A stretch of DNA of 33,000 nt from Camelus dromedarius (GCF_036321535.1 NC_087436.1:74803001-74836000), one strand, 5' to 3'. Numbered from the stretch's first letter, positions 11,361 through 23,924 are shown. Notes: generated from the letters alone by a model not told the origin. Numbers and translations are program-made.

Positions 11361-12889
11361 GTGAAATTCATTCAGAAGCTTCTCCTGGGTAGCAATTCCT
11401 GTATACTTATAAGGGAACTGACCTGTAGGCTTTCTGCGGATCAGCTGATAATCTACTATGCCTCCTACAGTTTTCCAGCTTTTAGGGAATTTAGTAAATG
11501 TTCTAAAGCACACTGTGAACTTAAAGTGTGCCCATTTTCAGTGGCTTAGTTTTTTGGGCCAGAAGAGGTAGCATTCATTTCAAATTGGCTGAGAGTTGAC
11601 AACTGTGGATTCTTATGCCACTAGTGGAGGAAAAATAATGACTCTTGAAAGAATGTGTTTTAGAGGTGACAGTAGGGGCTGGTTCAGTTATGGTGGCAAC
11701 CAGTGTCCAAATTGTGACTACAGCCAAAATATTGTCAGTATTCACAGATGTGAGGACCACTTAGTTCCCCACCCTGTAGGAAAGTACCCTGGAAAGGCGT
11801 GTTCTTCACTATCCCACCTCCAAGGAGAAAGAGTGAAAAAAGCAAACCCTCAGAGGATGAGGGTGGATATGGTGGTCATAAAGTGCTGGTCTCACCAGGT
11901 GTGGGGTCTGTGCAGAGTGGACTCAGGGAAATCCTACTGTTCTGGAGTTTTAGGACTTACATGGCTTTGGAGTAGAATGGAGATACATTTGACGAATGGT
12001 TAATTGCTGGATGACCCAAGCTGGTTATTATCTGCCTCACGTTGGTTGGGAGATTTTTGAATGAGACATTGAGTTGAAAGCTCATGGTGAACTGTCTTAA
12101 AATAGGCCCACCCCACAACACCTAGACTCTCATGTCAGGTGTGAGCTGCAGGTATGAAGGCTAGACACCTGTGTGCCTACAGTGAGAGTTCTAGATGTTA
12201 AGATTCTTTTGCTGCTCTCAACTTCCATTTTACTGCTAGAAGTACTTATGCCTTTGCTGGAGTAGAGCTAAAACCAGACTCAGGTTTTTGCATTTTTTGT
12301 TTAAACACTGCTAGACCTAGTAGCAACAGGTCAGAGTGGAGTAGTCCTAGTCGAGTGGGAGCAGAAGCACTCCAAGGACTAGGCCCTTGACCAGTCCCTT
12401 ATATTCTCTGCCTCGGGAGGCATGAGACCACCTGAGATACATGTCCTCCTGGGCCCCAGGGGCCATGTGTGATGGAGAGACAAGTCTCCTTACTGGATGG
12501 AGGGCACACGTGAATCTGGAGCCTTGCATTTTCGCCTTTAGTAGTATGTCCTAGCGCCAAGACATCTCTTGGATACTGGGAGGTTTTAGGACAATTGGGT
12601 GCTAGTGCAGTGTTTACCACCAACTTACTCTGAGTCTTGGCAGATTATCTATACCAGATAATTAACAATTCAGAAAATACTATTATGGCTTAGTTACCTC
12701 TTTACCTCCTCCAACCTTTTCTGTCCTTCCCAGGGACTCCTCTAGACTTGCCACATTTGCCCTTTGGCTTTGCCAGTCTTCCTCAAGTTACTTCATTCAT
12801 ATTGGGTCAAGAGCAAAGAAATGAGGCCAATGGACATTTACAGATTTGGTTCCTGTGCATCCACCCTTCCTTGCCCCAAGGTTGAGGCT

Positions 12890-13085
12890 ACTTGTTACCC
12901 TTTAGATTTCAGCTGAAATGTTGTTGTCTCAGCTTAAGTGCCTCTACTTCATTCCTTGCTCACAACCCTATGTGCTAGCCCTCATTTACTTGGTCTATTT
13001 ATGACCATGTATTCATTTATAACTTTCCCCCACCAGACTGATCATCGTGAGGACAGATAACTATTCTGAAGGATGCTCAAATTTT
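12890..13085 (+). mobile_element. L2 3' fragment
   Basis: ccctttagatttcagctgaaatgt…tttcccccaccagactgatcatcgtgaggacaga…gatgctcaaa resembles the L2 3' terminus. Confidence 0.5.
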
Positions 13086-13344
13086 GTGATGTGTAGCTCC
13101 ATGTCTGAAGCATTCACTTGCTGAACTAGCAGAGAGGAAGCTGGGCATTAGATAACTTTTTAATAGCTTCCTAGTTACATATATGATAATGTTCAAAATC
13201 CTTACCAGGACCAGCAAGGATGTTAAGTATAATTGGGTGATGGGAGGTATGTTGGTGATCAAACTTCATTTTATAAATTACTTTTTTTTTTCCATAGAAA
13301 ATAAAAATGGAGTAAGTGTGGGCAAGGGATGCCTTTTTTAACTG

Positions 13345-13530
13345 AGTCCTGCCTGGTATGAACAGGTGGTAGCTTGGACCAGCATGGCAGGATTGGAAAT
13401 GGAGAAAACAAACTAGCTAGAAGAATATTTATGAGGTGTAATCAAGAGGAATTGTTGGCTGGATGTGGGAAAAGTTAGTTCCTAGAACTCCTGGGGTTCT
13501 GAGTGGGGATACCAGGACAGGGCATGATGT
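13345..13530 (-). mobile_element. L2 fragment
   Basis: ggtggtagcttggaccagcatggcagg…aatatttatgaggtgtaatcaagagga…ggatgtggg is a typical antisense L2 segment. Confidence 0.55.
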
Positions 13531-13679
13531 AAGTGATGTGGTCTTTGTCTAAAGACAGCTATTCTCAAAAGTGAAATCACCTGAGAATGGAGACTGTCTA
13601 GGGTGAGAGATTAGCTGTGTATTCCTTTAGCTAAAGTCACAAACCTAACTGAACTATTGATTAATTTGCAAGTATTTCA

Positions 13680-13940
13680 TTCAGTTCCTCAGGGAAGCCT
13701 TCCTCAACTCTTTAATGGGGTTGGCTCCTCATTTTCTTGGAGCGGTCTCTGGAGTTTAGGACCTTTTTTATCATCTAGCAGAGTGGTCACTGGTATATTG
13801 TGCAAACTCTGAATGCCTTGTATTTGTCTATTTATGGAGATTATCCTAAGGAATTAGAGCAGCAGGGTCAAAGTCTAGGTTTACTTTCCAAACCTTGATC
13901 TAATGGCCCCTATAACTGCATTAGCAACAGGAATTGGCAT
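13680..13940 (+). mobile_element. L2-like fragment
   Basis: tcctcagggaagccttcctcaac…tttgtctattt…gcagggtcaaagtct; highly diverged. Confidence 0.4.
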
Positions 13941-14356
13941 CGTCCTGCATCCTCTCAATTCCAGGTGGCATTCCCTAATCCTTGTTCAGCTGAAAGTTGA
14001 AAAATGAGAGCATATTTTCTTTGGTTGTTTATTAATTTGAGGACAGTTCATATGCTTAATGGCTACTTGTTTCCCCATGAATTACTTATGCCTGTCCTAT
14101 AATCCTTAACTTAAAGCATTTTGAGACTTTATTTGAGATTTAAGATTTCTGAATATTGGCGATATAAGACATCAGTCTGTTACCATTTTTTTTCTTCATC
14201 AGCTTTCCTTGAACTCTTAATACTCACTGTATTTTCTCTTGAATTTTGTTTTTTTTACATGTTCATTTGCTCACTTAAAAAAAATTGTCTCCTTCCTGTT
14301 CTTCCCCTAGCAATTATGATTTGTTTTTGTAAAAGAAACGTTTCTTTCAGAGTTTC

Positions 14357-14382
14357 TCTATATCTATCTATCTATCTATCTA
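14357..14382. repeat. (TCTA)n microsatellite
   Basis: Read directly. Confidence 0.95.
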
Positions 14383-15734
14383 CTTAATTTTCCACAAAGT
14401 AGAATCATAGTACACTGTTTTACACCTTAGCATTTAAAAATAGTTTACAATTCTCTTATATCTTGTAGGACCCCCCTCATCAGTACATACAAAGCTACCA
14501 GTCTCACCTTGGATTCTCTAAAAGCAGAACCTGAAATCAGGGGTTTAGTACCTTATCCATGGTGGGTTCTTTATAGTTGATGTTAATTAATATGTGATAA
14601 AGGAATAGTTGGGTCCTTGGTGGATCATTTGACAACACAAACATCTAGCCTGTTGGCTGTAGCCCCCCAGTCTTCTACTATAACTGGAGACTTTCCTTTG
14701 TTTAACACTGTTAATAAGAGTTTAGTTTACTTGGTCATCTACTTCTACAGGTGTAAATCTTCCTTGCATCTGTCCAGATGTGACTTCAGAGTTAATTATG
14801 TGCCTTTACTATTAAACCAAGTTCAATCACACATCTGAAGTTAAGGGTCCAAAAATCTTGAACCCCTAAGTCTCATAATTCTATGGTATAAATGAAGTAA
14901 TTATATTCCCTGTTTAAACCAATTATCCAAATAAGGTTACATAATAAAGGCAACTGGTTTAGAGTTTGAAAACTTATGTCGAATAAGAAATTTATCACTC
15001 TTTCTATAAATTGAAGCAATTCAGAAGTCTTCTGTAACAGTAACTTTAGTTTGGACCCATGTAATACAGTGACTATTTGGATATAAATGGGTCCTACCTT
15101 TACCATAAAGTCATATGACTTTGAGGGAGTTTCTTTGAGGGAGTTTTCTTAAACTTTCCTAATCTATCAGGTATTATACCTAATCTACGAGATAGTCACA
15201 AAGAGCCATGGAATGTATAAGAAAGCACTTCAAATACAATGAACTGTATTCACTTTTCAAAAGTGGATATAATTTTAAAGGAAGAATGGAAGAAAAATTA
15301 TAACTTTTTATAGACCAAAACTTCCTAAATTCCTTCAGTGAACTTGGGATTCTCCTAACCCTATGGCTCAACAAAATCTCAAAGTGAGGCAGGTCCCTAG
15401 TACATGCTGGAAAACCTTAAACAGCTACTAGTGTCAAACCACCCACATTCTCATACTACAGTATGTGTTTTATCACTGGCCTTCTGTACTGAAATAGTAG
15501 TGAAAAGCCACTACCTTTTTCTTTTCATTTAAAGATAAATCCAGACACAGAAGTCATACAAATACCGGACATGTGCACAAAAGCTATTTGAGTGTGCCAA
15601 GTAAAATAAGGAGAAATGGAAAATGACAGCAAATGTTGCAAAATGCGGTCATTCAATAATCTCAGTTAATAATCTCACTCTATACTAGAGTGAACCAAAA
15701 ATCTCCTTTATTAGGCAACATTATTTAAAATAAT

Positions 15735-15935
15735 ACTGCTTCCTTCTCCATCACACTGCCCACTCCATATCCTGCTTTGCTTTCTTCATAGTACTAAACC
15801 CTACCTGACCGTTGGTCTCCCTGACTGGAATGTAAGCTCCACGGGGCAGGGACTTACTGTTTGCTGCTGCACCCCTACGTGCCTAGCATCATACTTGCCT
15901 GACACACAGTAGATGCTTGAAACATAGCTTTTTGG
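15735..15935 (+). mobile_element. L2 3' end
   Basis: ttcttcatagtact…gactggaatgtaagctccacggggcagggac…gtgcctagc…cctgacacacagtagatgct is the classic L2 terminus. Confidence 0.8.
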
Positions 15936-16029
15936 ATGCAGCAGGAAGATATAGACTATTACTTGGACTATTACAGCTTTTTTGTCATTGCCTAGAATCT
16001 TAGAATCTCTTGTGCTTCTGAAGTTCTTT

Positions 16030-16230
16030 ACCTAGGTTCCCTAGAAAAGACATACTGAAACAAAACTTAAATATGTTACTTTATTGGGGAGGAGATGTGT
16101 GCAACCCTAGGGCAGCAAGAGTGAGGGGATAAAAAGAAGGAATGCCAGTATGAAGTGTTAGGCGATTTGAGCTGATCACAGCTTTGAGACTGTACATTGC
16201 TGCTTACATTTTCATGCAGGCCAAATAAAA
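16030..16230 (-). mobile_element. ERV-L/MaLR-type LTR 3' fragment
   Basis: ggttccctagaaaagacatactgaaacaa…tttattggggagg resembles the antisense 3' end of LTR16/33/41-type LTRs. Confidence 0.4.
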
Positions 16231-16724
16231 ACACTGTATTGAAACATTTTGTGTGTGGGAGTATTTAAAATTTCTGATTGTAGTGATGGAATGCTCAGCT
16301 TCTCAAGTTAAGTTGTAAACTTTAAGTTTCTATGAATCTTAAATTTTATTTTTGGTGAAGACTTGTTAACATTAGGTAATGACCTAATTTCACGTAATCA
16401 TAATGTCTTCATTTTTAACTACACTAGCTATTTTGTTGATACATTCCTAGTATCTATTTTTCCATCTTTTTACTGTAAAAATGACATACTTAAAACAAGG
16501 GATCAGATGTTTAACTATCACATGCAGGCATTTAAAAAATCCAGGACTGATAATCTTGTTTTGTAACTAGAAATCTTAGAAATCATGAGTCCATGTACCA
16601 TCTAATCTGGTGCTTTCTTTTCTGCCTTTCTGCTTTAACTCTGCTTTCCCTGAGTTTCAGAAAATGTAAAATTGTCCTATGTTACCAAACTGGTCATGTT
16701 CTTGTTGACCATGTAGGACCTCTC

Positions 16725-17050
16725 TCACAACTTGGGCTCTCTTGAAGTCATTGCTCAGTTGGAGTTTGGGGTACAAGGTGTCTATAAGGGATGTCCACTT
16801 GTGAAAGGAGGGGGAAAGAGGCAGGACTAGACAGAAGTTGAAATGTGCAGGCTGGACAAAGCCTTGATCAATTCAGGCAGGGAGCTAGCTCATCAGTGTC
16901 CTACATCAGGCTATGCTGGTCAGACAGGAGATGCAGGCTGCCCTGGGAGGGTATGACCTTGGGAAGATGAGTTCTCTGCAGCTGTCACTTGAGGGCTGTC
17001 TGCTAATAATAATTCCCCAGCTTAGAAGCAAGCCCTTCCCAAGACAGATT
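16725..17050 (-). mobile_element. LTR16A-like ERV-L LTR
   Basis: cttgtgaaaggagggggaaagaggcaggact…ctgccctgggagggtatgaccttggg…gagggctgtctgc…ccccagc follows antisense LTR16A. It is the same family as 9538-9930. Confidence 0.65.
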
Positions 17051-18063
17051 TGAAAGCCAATGTTTAGGTAGTATATACACTAATGGCTACAACTGATGTT
17101 ATTGTAGGCCACTTCTCTTAAACAAAACAAAAACAAACTTACTCAGTCTTTTCAATATTAGCATATTAAAACATTCTTTCATATTAAATATCATATGTAG
17201 GTATAATTATGATATTAGCTTAACATTAAAAAATAACCACAACTACATCAAGGCAAATCACTGTTTATTTTCCCATCACTAAAAATGTCACCACAATCAA
17301 AGACATATTGATTGCAGTGAAGTCTCATGAGTTAATTAGAATAAGCAGTGAGAAAAATAAAGCAGCATATGAATGATGACTTCTGGAAACAAATACTGGC
17401 TCTTTAAGGAAGAAATGTATAAAGAAATGTTCTTTGGAAAATCATTTTTTTTCCCAAAGAATTTCCTTGATATACTGTGACATTTAAAACTGGCTGCAGG
17501 AATTAATCTACATCTTCAGTTGGGTCAAATTTCAGTGAATGTTATGTGATTGGTAGTGATTGTTCACTATTGAACGAAAGTCCCAGGGCAGAAAATATGA
17601 AGGAGGAAAGAGAGTTGTAAATTATTTCTCCCCCAAAAGATATTTTGACACATTTCATGTATCTGCTGAGATGTTAATAGTATCTTATCTTTATCTTCTA
17701 GCTGTTCAGGTAAGATGCTTATAAGTCAATGTATGTATTGATGATTACTTTGAATATAATCATATACAGCAACTGAAAGTTCACAAATCCTGTTCATAAG
17801 GACTTCATGAGGATGATCAGGGTCTCAGAAGGAAACAAGCACACTCTGCAAAGCTTAGAGTTTGAAGGGAATATTTGCAGAGATGGGAGTAGGGTTACTT
17901 TAAGGATGTTAATGCATTGAGGGGCTAGTGGAGGTGGAGCCATTGCCACAGCAGAGCTGCATGTGCAGAGTTAAGGAATGGTGTAACCAGAGTCAGACAA
18001 GAGAGGGTATGGAAGGCAACTGCTTACCAGAAGCTGTGTTCATTATTTCTTTGAATCTCTACA

Positions 18064-21000
18064 TTATTTTTCTGGATTTATTGAGAGATCATTCACATGT
18101 AACATTGTGTAAGTTTAATGTGTGCAACATGCTGATTTGTTACACATATGTATTGCAAAAGGATCACTTTCATATTTAGCTAACCCCTCCACTGTGTTAC
18201 CTAATAGGCATTTTTGTGTGTGTGGTGATAACTTTCTTAACTTTCTAGTATATAATACAGTATTACCTCTAATCATCATGTACATTATATCCCAAAATAT
18301 ATTCTTCTTATAACTGGCAGTCTGTATCCTTTGACAAACATCTCATTTCCCCTGCCTCCAAGCCTCTGATTACCACTACTATACTCTGTTTCTCACGAGT
18401 TCAGCTTTTTTAGATTCTACACTGGAGTGATATCATATGGATGGTATTTGTGTTTCTCTGACTTATTTCACTCAGCATGATGGCCTCAAGTTTTATTCAT
18501 GTTGAAAAAGGCAAGATTTCCTTCTTTTTCATGACTGAATAATACCTTATACTGTGTGTGTGTGTGTGTGTATCACATATTCTTATCCACTCATCTGTTG
18601 ATGGGCACACAGGTTGTTTCCACGTTTGGCTAGTGTAAATAATGCTGCAATGAATAATGAATATGGGAGTGTAGANNNNNNNNNNNNNNNNNNNNNNNNN
18701 NNNNNNNNNNNNNNNNNNNNNNNNNNNNNNNNNNNNNNNNNNNNNNNNNNNNNNNNNNNNNNNNNNNNNNNNNNNNNNNNNNNNNNNNNNNNNNNNNNNN
18801 NNNNNNNNNNNNNNNNNNNNNNNNNNNNNNNNNNNNNNNNNNNNNNNNNNNCAACAGATGTTATGTCTTGTCTTGATGACAGCCATTCCAACAGGTGTGA
18901 GGTGATAATCTCATGGTTTTGATTTGCATTTCTCTAATTGGTGAGGTTGAGCATCTTTTCATATAACTGTTGTCCATTTAGATGTCTTCTATGGAAAAAT
19001 GTCTACTCATTTCCTCCGACCATTATTTGGATTGTTTGCTTTTGGCTATTGAGTAGTATGAATTTCAAAATATATTTNNNNNNNNNNNNNNNNNNNNNNN
19101 NNNNNNNNNNNNNNNNNNNNNNNNNNNNNNNNNNNNNNNNNNNNNNNNNNNNNNNNNNNNNNNNNNNNNNNNNNNNNNNNNNNNNNNNNNNNNNNNNNNN
19201 NNNNNNNNNNNNNNNNNNNNNNNNNNNNNNNNNNNNNNNNNTTGATATGACACCAAATCATGTCAAGGAGGTTATTTCTTATGTTTTCTAAGAGTTTGAT
19301 GGTTTCAGATCTTACATTCAAGTTTTTAATCCATTTATCTAAATTGTTTGAGTTTATTTTTGTACATGGTGTAATAAAGTGGTCTAGTTTTATTCTCTTG
19401 TATTTAGCTGTCCTATTTTCCCAAAACTATTTATTGAAGAGGCTGTCTTTCCCCCATTGTATATTCTTGACTCCTTTGTCATAGATTAATTGACCCTATA
19501 AGTGTGGGTTTATTTCTGGGATTTCTATTCTGTTGCATCGAGCTATGTATCTGTTTTTGTGCCAGTACCAGAGTTTTCTGATTACTGTAGGCTTGTAGTC
19601 TGAAGTTGGGGAGTGTGAAACCTCCAGCTCTGTTCTTTCTCAAGATTGTTTTAGCTATTTCAGGTGTTTTGTGTTTCCATACAACTTTTAAGATAATTTG
19701 TTCCAGTTCTGTGAAAAATGCCATTGGTATTATGATAGAGATTACATGGAAACTGTAGATTGCTTTGGGTAGTATGGACATTTTAACATTAATAAATTTA
19801 ACATTATTAAATTTAACGTTAAATCCATCAGCCTGGTATATACTTCCACTTATTTGTCTTGTCTTCAATTTCTCTCATCAGTGTCTTATAATTTTCAGTA
19901 TACAAGTCATTTACTTCCTTGGTTAAATTTATTTGTAGGTATTTTTTATGCAGTTGTAAATGGGATTATTGTCTTAATTTCTTTCTAATAGTTCATTATT
20001 AATGTATAGAAATGTAGATTTCTATTTATTGACTTTGTATCCTGAAACTTTACTGATTTCATTTAGTCCTGACAGTTTTTCTTTTTTTGGTGGAGTCTCT
20101 ATGTATAGTATCATGTGATTTGAAAATAGTGACTGTATGGGCAATCCTAGCCACAGCAGTCAGAAAATAAAAGGCATCCAAGATGGCGCNNNNNNNNNNN
20201 NNNNNNNNNNNNNNNNNNNNNNNNNNNNNNNNNNNNNNNNNNNNNNNNNNNNNNNNNNNNNNNNNNNNNNNNNNNNNNNNNNNNNNNNNNNNNNNNNNNN
20301 NNNNNNNNNNNNNNNNNNNNNNNNNNNNNNNNNNNNNNNNNNNNNNNNNNNNNNNNNNNNNNNNNNNNNNNNNNNNNNNNNNNNNNNNNNNNNNNNNNNN
20401 NNNNTTTTTTTTTTCCTGCATCTATTGAGATAGTTGTGTGATTTTTATCTCTCATTTGTTCATTTCATCACATTGAGGTTGCAGATATTGAACCATCTTT
20501 GCATCCCTGGAACAAATCCTACTTTATCATGGTGTATGATCCTTCAAATGTATTGTTGGCTTTTGTTTGCTAATATTTTGTTGAGGATTTTCCTATCTAT
20601 GTTCATTNNNNNNNNNNNNNNNNNNNNNNNNNNNNNNNNNNNNNNNNNNNNNNNNNNNNNNNNNNNNNNNNNNNNNNNNNNNNNNNNNNNNNNNNNNNNN
20701 NNNNNNNNNNNNNNNNNNNNNNNNNNNNNNNNNNNNNGATAAGCATTAACTTTTTTAAGTGGTAGAATTCACCTGTGAAGCCATCTGGAATGGGACTTAG
20801 GTTTGTTGAAAGGTTTTTGAGTATTGATTCAATTTCATTACTAGTAATCAATCTGTTCAGATTTTTATTTCCTCCTTGTACAGTCTTGGAAGATCGTATG
20901 TTTTTAAGAATTTATCCATTTCTTTTAGATTGTCCAGTTTGTTGGTGTAGTAGTCTCTTACGATTCTTTGTATTTTCTGGTATTAGTTGTAACTTCTCTT

Positions 21001-22776
21001 TCATTTCTGTTTTACTTATTTGGGCTTTCTCAGTTTTTCTCGATGAGTCTGGCTAAAGGTTTATCAACTTTCTTTCTCTTTTCAAAGAATCATCTCTAAG
21101 TTTCATTGGTTTTATTTTTTCTATTTAAGTCTCTTTCATTTTATATCCACTCTGATTATTTCCTTCCTTCTAATTTTGGGCTTGCTTTGTTCTTTTTCTA
21201 GTTCCTTTATGTGTAAGTTTAGATTGAGATTTTTCTTATTTCTTGAGGTAGTTTTGTATCATTATGAACTTCTTTCTTAGAACTGCTTTTGCTGCATCCC
21301 ATAGATTTTGGAAGGCTGCATTTCCATTTTCATTTGTCTCAAGATATTTTTGACTTCCTCTCTGATTTCTTCATTGACTCACTGGTGGTTTAGTAACATG
21401 TTTAGTCTCCACGTGTTTGTCTTTTATCCAGTTTTCCTTTTGTAATTGCTTTCTAGTTTCATACTGTTGTGGTCTCTAAGGATGTGTGATAATAGTTTTT
21501 TTGTGTATGCTTTTTAATTTTTTATTGAAGCATAGTTGATTTATAATGTTTCAGGTGTACAGCAAGATGATTTAGTTTCATATATCTATATATATAAATT
21601 TTCAGATTCTTTTTCATTATAGGTTATTACAAGACATTGAATAGAGATCCTTGTGCTGCTTGATATAGTTGAAATCTTCTTAAATTTGTTGACTCGTTTT
21701 ATGGCCTATGATGTGCTCTATCCCGGAGAACGTTCCATGTGCACTTGAGAATATGCTGTTGCTCTTGGATGGAAGTTTCTGTCTATGTGAATGCATTAGT
21801 TCTTTTGTTCTAAAGTATGGTTCAAGTCCAATATTTCCTTGTTGATATTCTTCTGGATGTCTGTTGTTGAAAGTGGAGGTATTGCAGTCCTTTACTGTAT
21901 CTTCCTTCTGATCTGTTAGTATTTGCTCCATACATTACATGCTCCAATGTTGGTTGCATATATATTTATGATGTCTTGATGAAATGACCCCCTGATCTCT
22001 ACATAATGACTGTCTTTGTCTGTGGTTCCCATTTTTTGGCTTAAAGTATAGCTTTTTCTGGTAAGTATAGATACTCCTGCTCTTTTTTATGTTTTACTTG
22101 CATGGAATATATTTTGTCATCCCTTCACTTTGAGCCTATGTGTGTCCTTAAAGTTGAAGTCTCTTGTAGGCAGCATATAGATGGGTCTTTTTTTTTTTTT
22201 TTTAAATCCATCTAGCCACTCTTTGTGTTTTGATTGGAGATTTCAGCCCATTTAGAGTAGTCATTGATAGGTAAGGATGTACTAATTTCATCTTACTGTT
22301 TTCTGGCTGTATTATAGTTTCATTTTTCTTTTCTTCCTTTCTTTCTGCCTTCTTTTATAAACTGATGGCTTTCCATAGTGGTGTACTTTGATTCTCTACA
22401 TCTTTTGTTTATCTCTACATCTCAGTTTTGCTAGTCTCTGAGTGGAGTAGAACTGAAGCAGGACCTTCATGCAGTGCCCCAAAGGCTGAAGAAGCTAATT
22501 GCTTACCCTGCTTTCCTTTCCCAGCAAGGGGAACTCTTTCTAGCTGAGGAGTTCCCTCTTAGTGCTGAGCAATGCCTGTTTTGGGGGTGGGATGATAGAG
22601 GCATCCTTGTCTTGTATGGTGGTTCTCAGATTTTTTGTTCTACTGTATTACTAAAGTTTCTTAAGTGGACTCCAGAACTCTCCTGGAGTGTTTCTGTTCA
22701 TGGATAACTATATAATTGTTGATCTTTTTGGGGACAGAGAGGAGTTTCCTATGTTTCCATTTTGGTGGTGTCACTC
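18064..22776 (-). mobile_element. LINE-1 (L1MA9-like): 3'UTR, degenerate ORF2, spacer and 5' end present; ORF1 largely deleted
   Basis: 3' end tttattgagagatcattcacatgtaacattg at ~18078. ORF track shows ORF2 peptides [12 protein letters not shown]…[21 protein letters not shown] (19479-19868) and NEIESILKNLSTNLSPIPDGFTGEFY (20603-20851), with EN-region remnants at 21680-21931. The 5' end ccattttggtggtgtcactc finishes at 22776. It contains four N-runs. Confidence 0.95.
21496..21657 (-). mobile_element. Short 5'-truncated younger L1 3' end nested in the 18064-22776 L1
   Basis: ttttttattgaagcatagttgatttataatg…ggttattacaagacattgaatag is the same 3' type as at 27962 and 28632. Host L1 sequence resumes on both sides. 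Degenerate TSD: gatgtgtgataatagtt / gctgcttgatatagtt. Confidence 0.85.
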
Positions 22777-23050
22777 AGGATTAAGTATAGTTTAAAGTGA
22801 TGTAGAGTTGACCCTTGAACAACAGAGGTTTGAACTGCACAGGTACACTTATGTGCAGATTTCTTTCACTAAATACATACTACAGTACTACACAATCTGC
22901 ATTGGTTGAATCTGCAGATGCAGAGCTGCAGTACAGAGGGCCAATTGTAAAGTTATGTGTGAATTTTTGACTGTGGGGAGTATTGATGTTCCTAACCCCC
23001 ACGTTGTTCAAAGGTCAACTATATGTGTGCCAAACTGACAAGGGGTGGAC
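22777..23050 (+). mobile_element. 3' tail of an ERV-L internal region with PPT, split by the MITE at 22805-23021
   Basis: Removing the MITE gives ggattaagtatagtttaaagtgatgtatgtgtgccaaactgacaaggggtggac, which matches the ERV-L internal 3' end that precedes MLT2 LTRs. Confidence 0.7.
22805..23021 (+). mobile_element. Tigger2-derived MITE (MER8/Tigger2a-like), full length
   Basis: TIRs gagttgacccttgaacaac (22805-) and gttgttcaaaggtcaacta (-23021). TA target duplication at 22803-22804 and 23022-23023. Confidence 0.9.
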
Positions 23051-23444
23051 TGTGGTGGTCTTTTGGAGTGTCAACTTGGCCAGGATACAGTCCCCAGTTT
23101 TACAGTCAAATATTAGTCTAGTGTTTCTGTGGAGCTGTTTGGTAAGTGTAATTAAATTCCATGATCAATTGTTGTTAAGTAAGGGAGATTATTTTAGATA
23201 ATCATATGGGCTGGATTCAACTAGTTTAAAGGAGTTGAGAGCAGAGTTAAGGCTTCTCTGAAGATGAAACTCTGTGGACAAGTTTCAGCCCTACCTAACA
23301 GTTCCAGCCTACTCTTCCTGACAGCCTGTCCTGCAGATTTTGGATTTGCCTTACCACAACTGTATAACTCAATTCCTTGGAATCAAGATCTTAATATATA
23401 TCTCCTACTTGTTCTGTTTCTCTGGTTGAACCCTGATTAACACA
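23051..23444 (+). mobile_element. MLT2-family ERV-L LTR (3' LTR)
   Basis: Starts tgtggtggtcttttggagtgtcaacttggc after the PPT and ends tctcctacttgttctgtttctctggttgaaccctgattaacaca; both are diagnostic MLT2 termini. Confidence 0.85.
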
Positions 23445-23924
23445 CATCGTCTTGTTAAGTATATAAGTTTTAAGATTAAAAAAATTACCAACAGTAATTC
23501 TAACCACATAGGAGGAGAGTGAAAATGACTTAATAAAATCTTACAAGATGAGCCTTCGATGTCAGCTGTTCCATGATTAATCCTCTTCTGCCATCTTGTG
23601 GTGATACCTGAAAGTTTACAGTGATGACTGCTCAAGAAATGCTCCTGAGAATGCTTAAGTCACCATCTCATAAGAAAATAGAGAATGATGCCAAGATTAC
23701 AATCAGGTGAATTACATTTCTCTATTTTGCCAATAATGGGTGTTGAGTACCTAAACACAATATGCTACCATCCTAGCTGAAAACAACATACTTTAGAATG
23801 TGAATATCTGTAGCAAAGTCAAAATTTTTTTCCACCGTATTTCCAACTAAAAATTGTCACTTGCCGTCTGTCTCTATAAAAATTAAATCACATTGGCAGT
23901 TGCCATCTACATTGGGTTAAATCA

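Noticed and set aside
15119-15146. Perfect 14-bp tandem duplication ctttgagggagttt x2 (similar small ones at ~373-395, ~2855-2872 and ~19790-19820)
   Set aside because: Ordinary slippage or repair duplications with only two copies and no spacers; not CRISPR-like.
17815-18040. Possible MaLR/LTR fragment
   Set aside because: The resemblance is too weak to name or bound without a database search.
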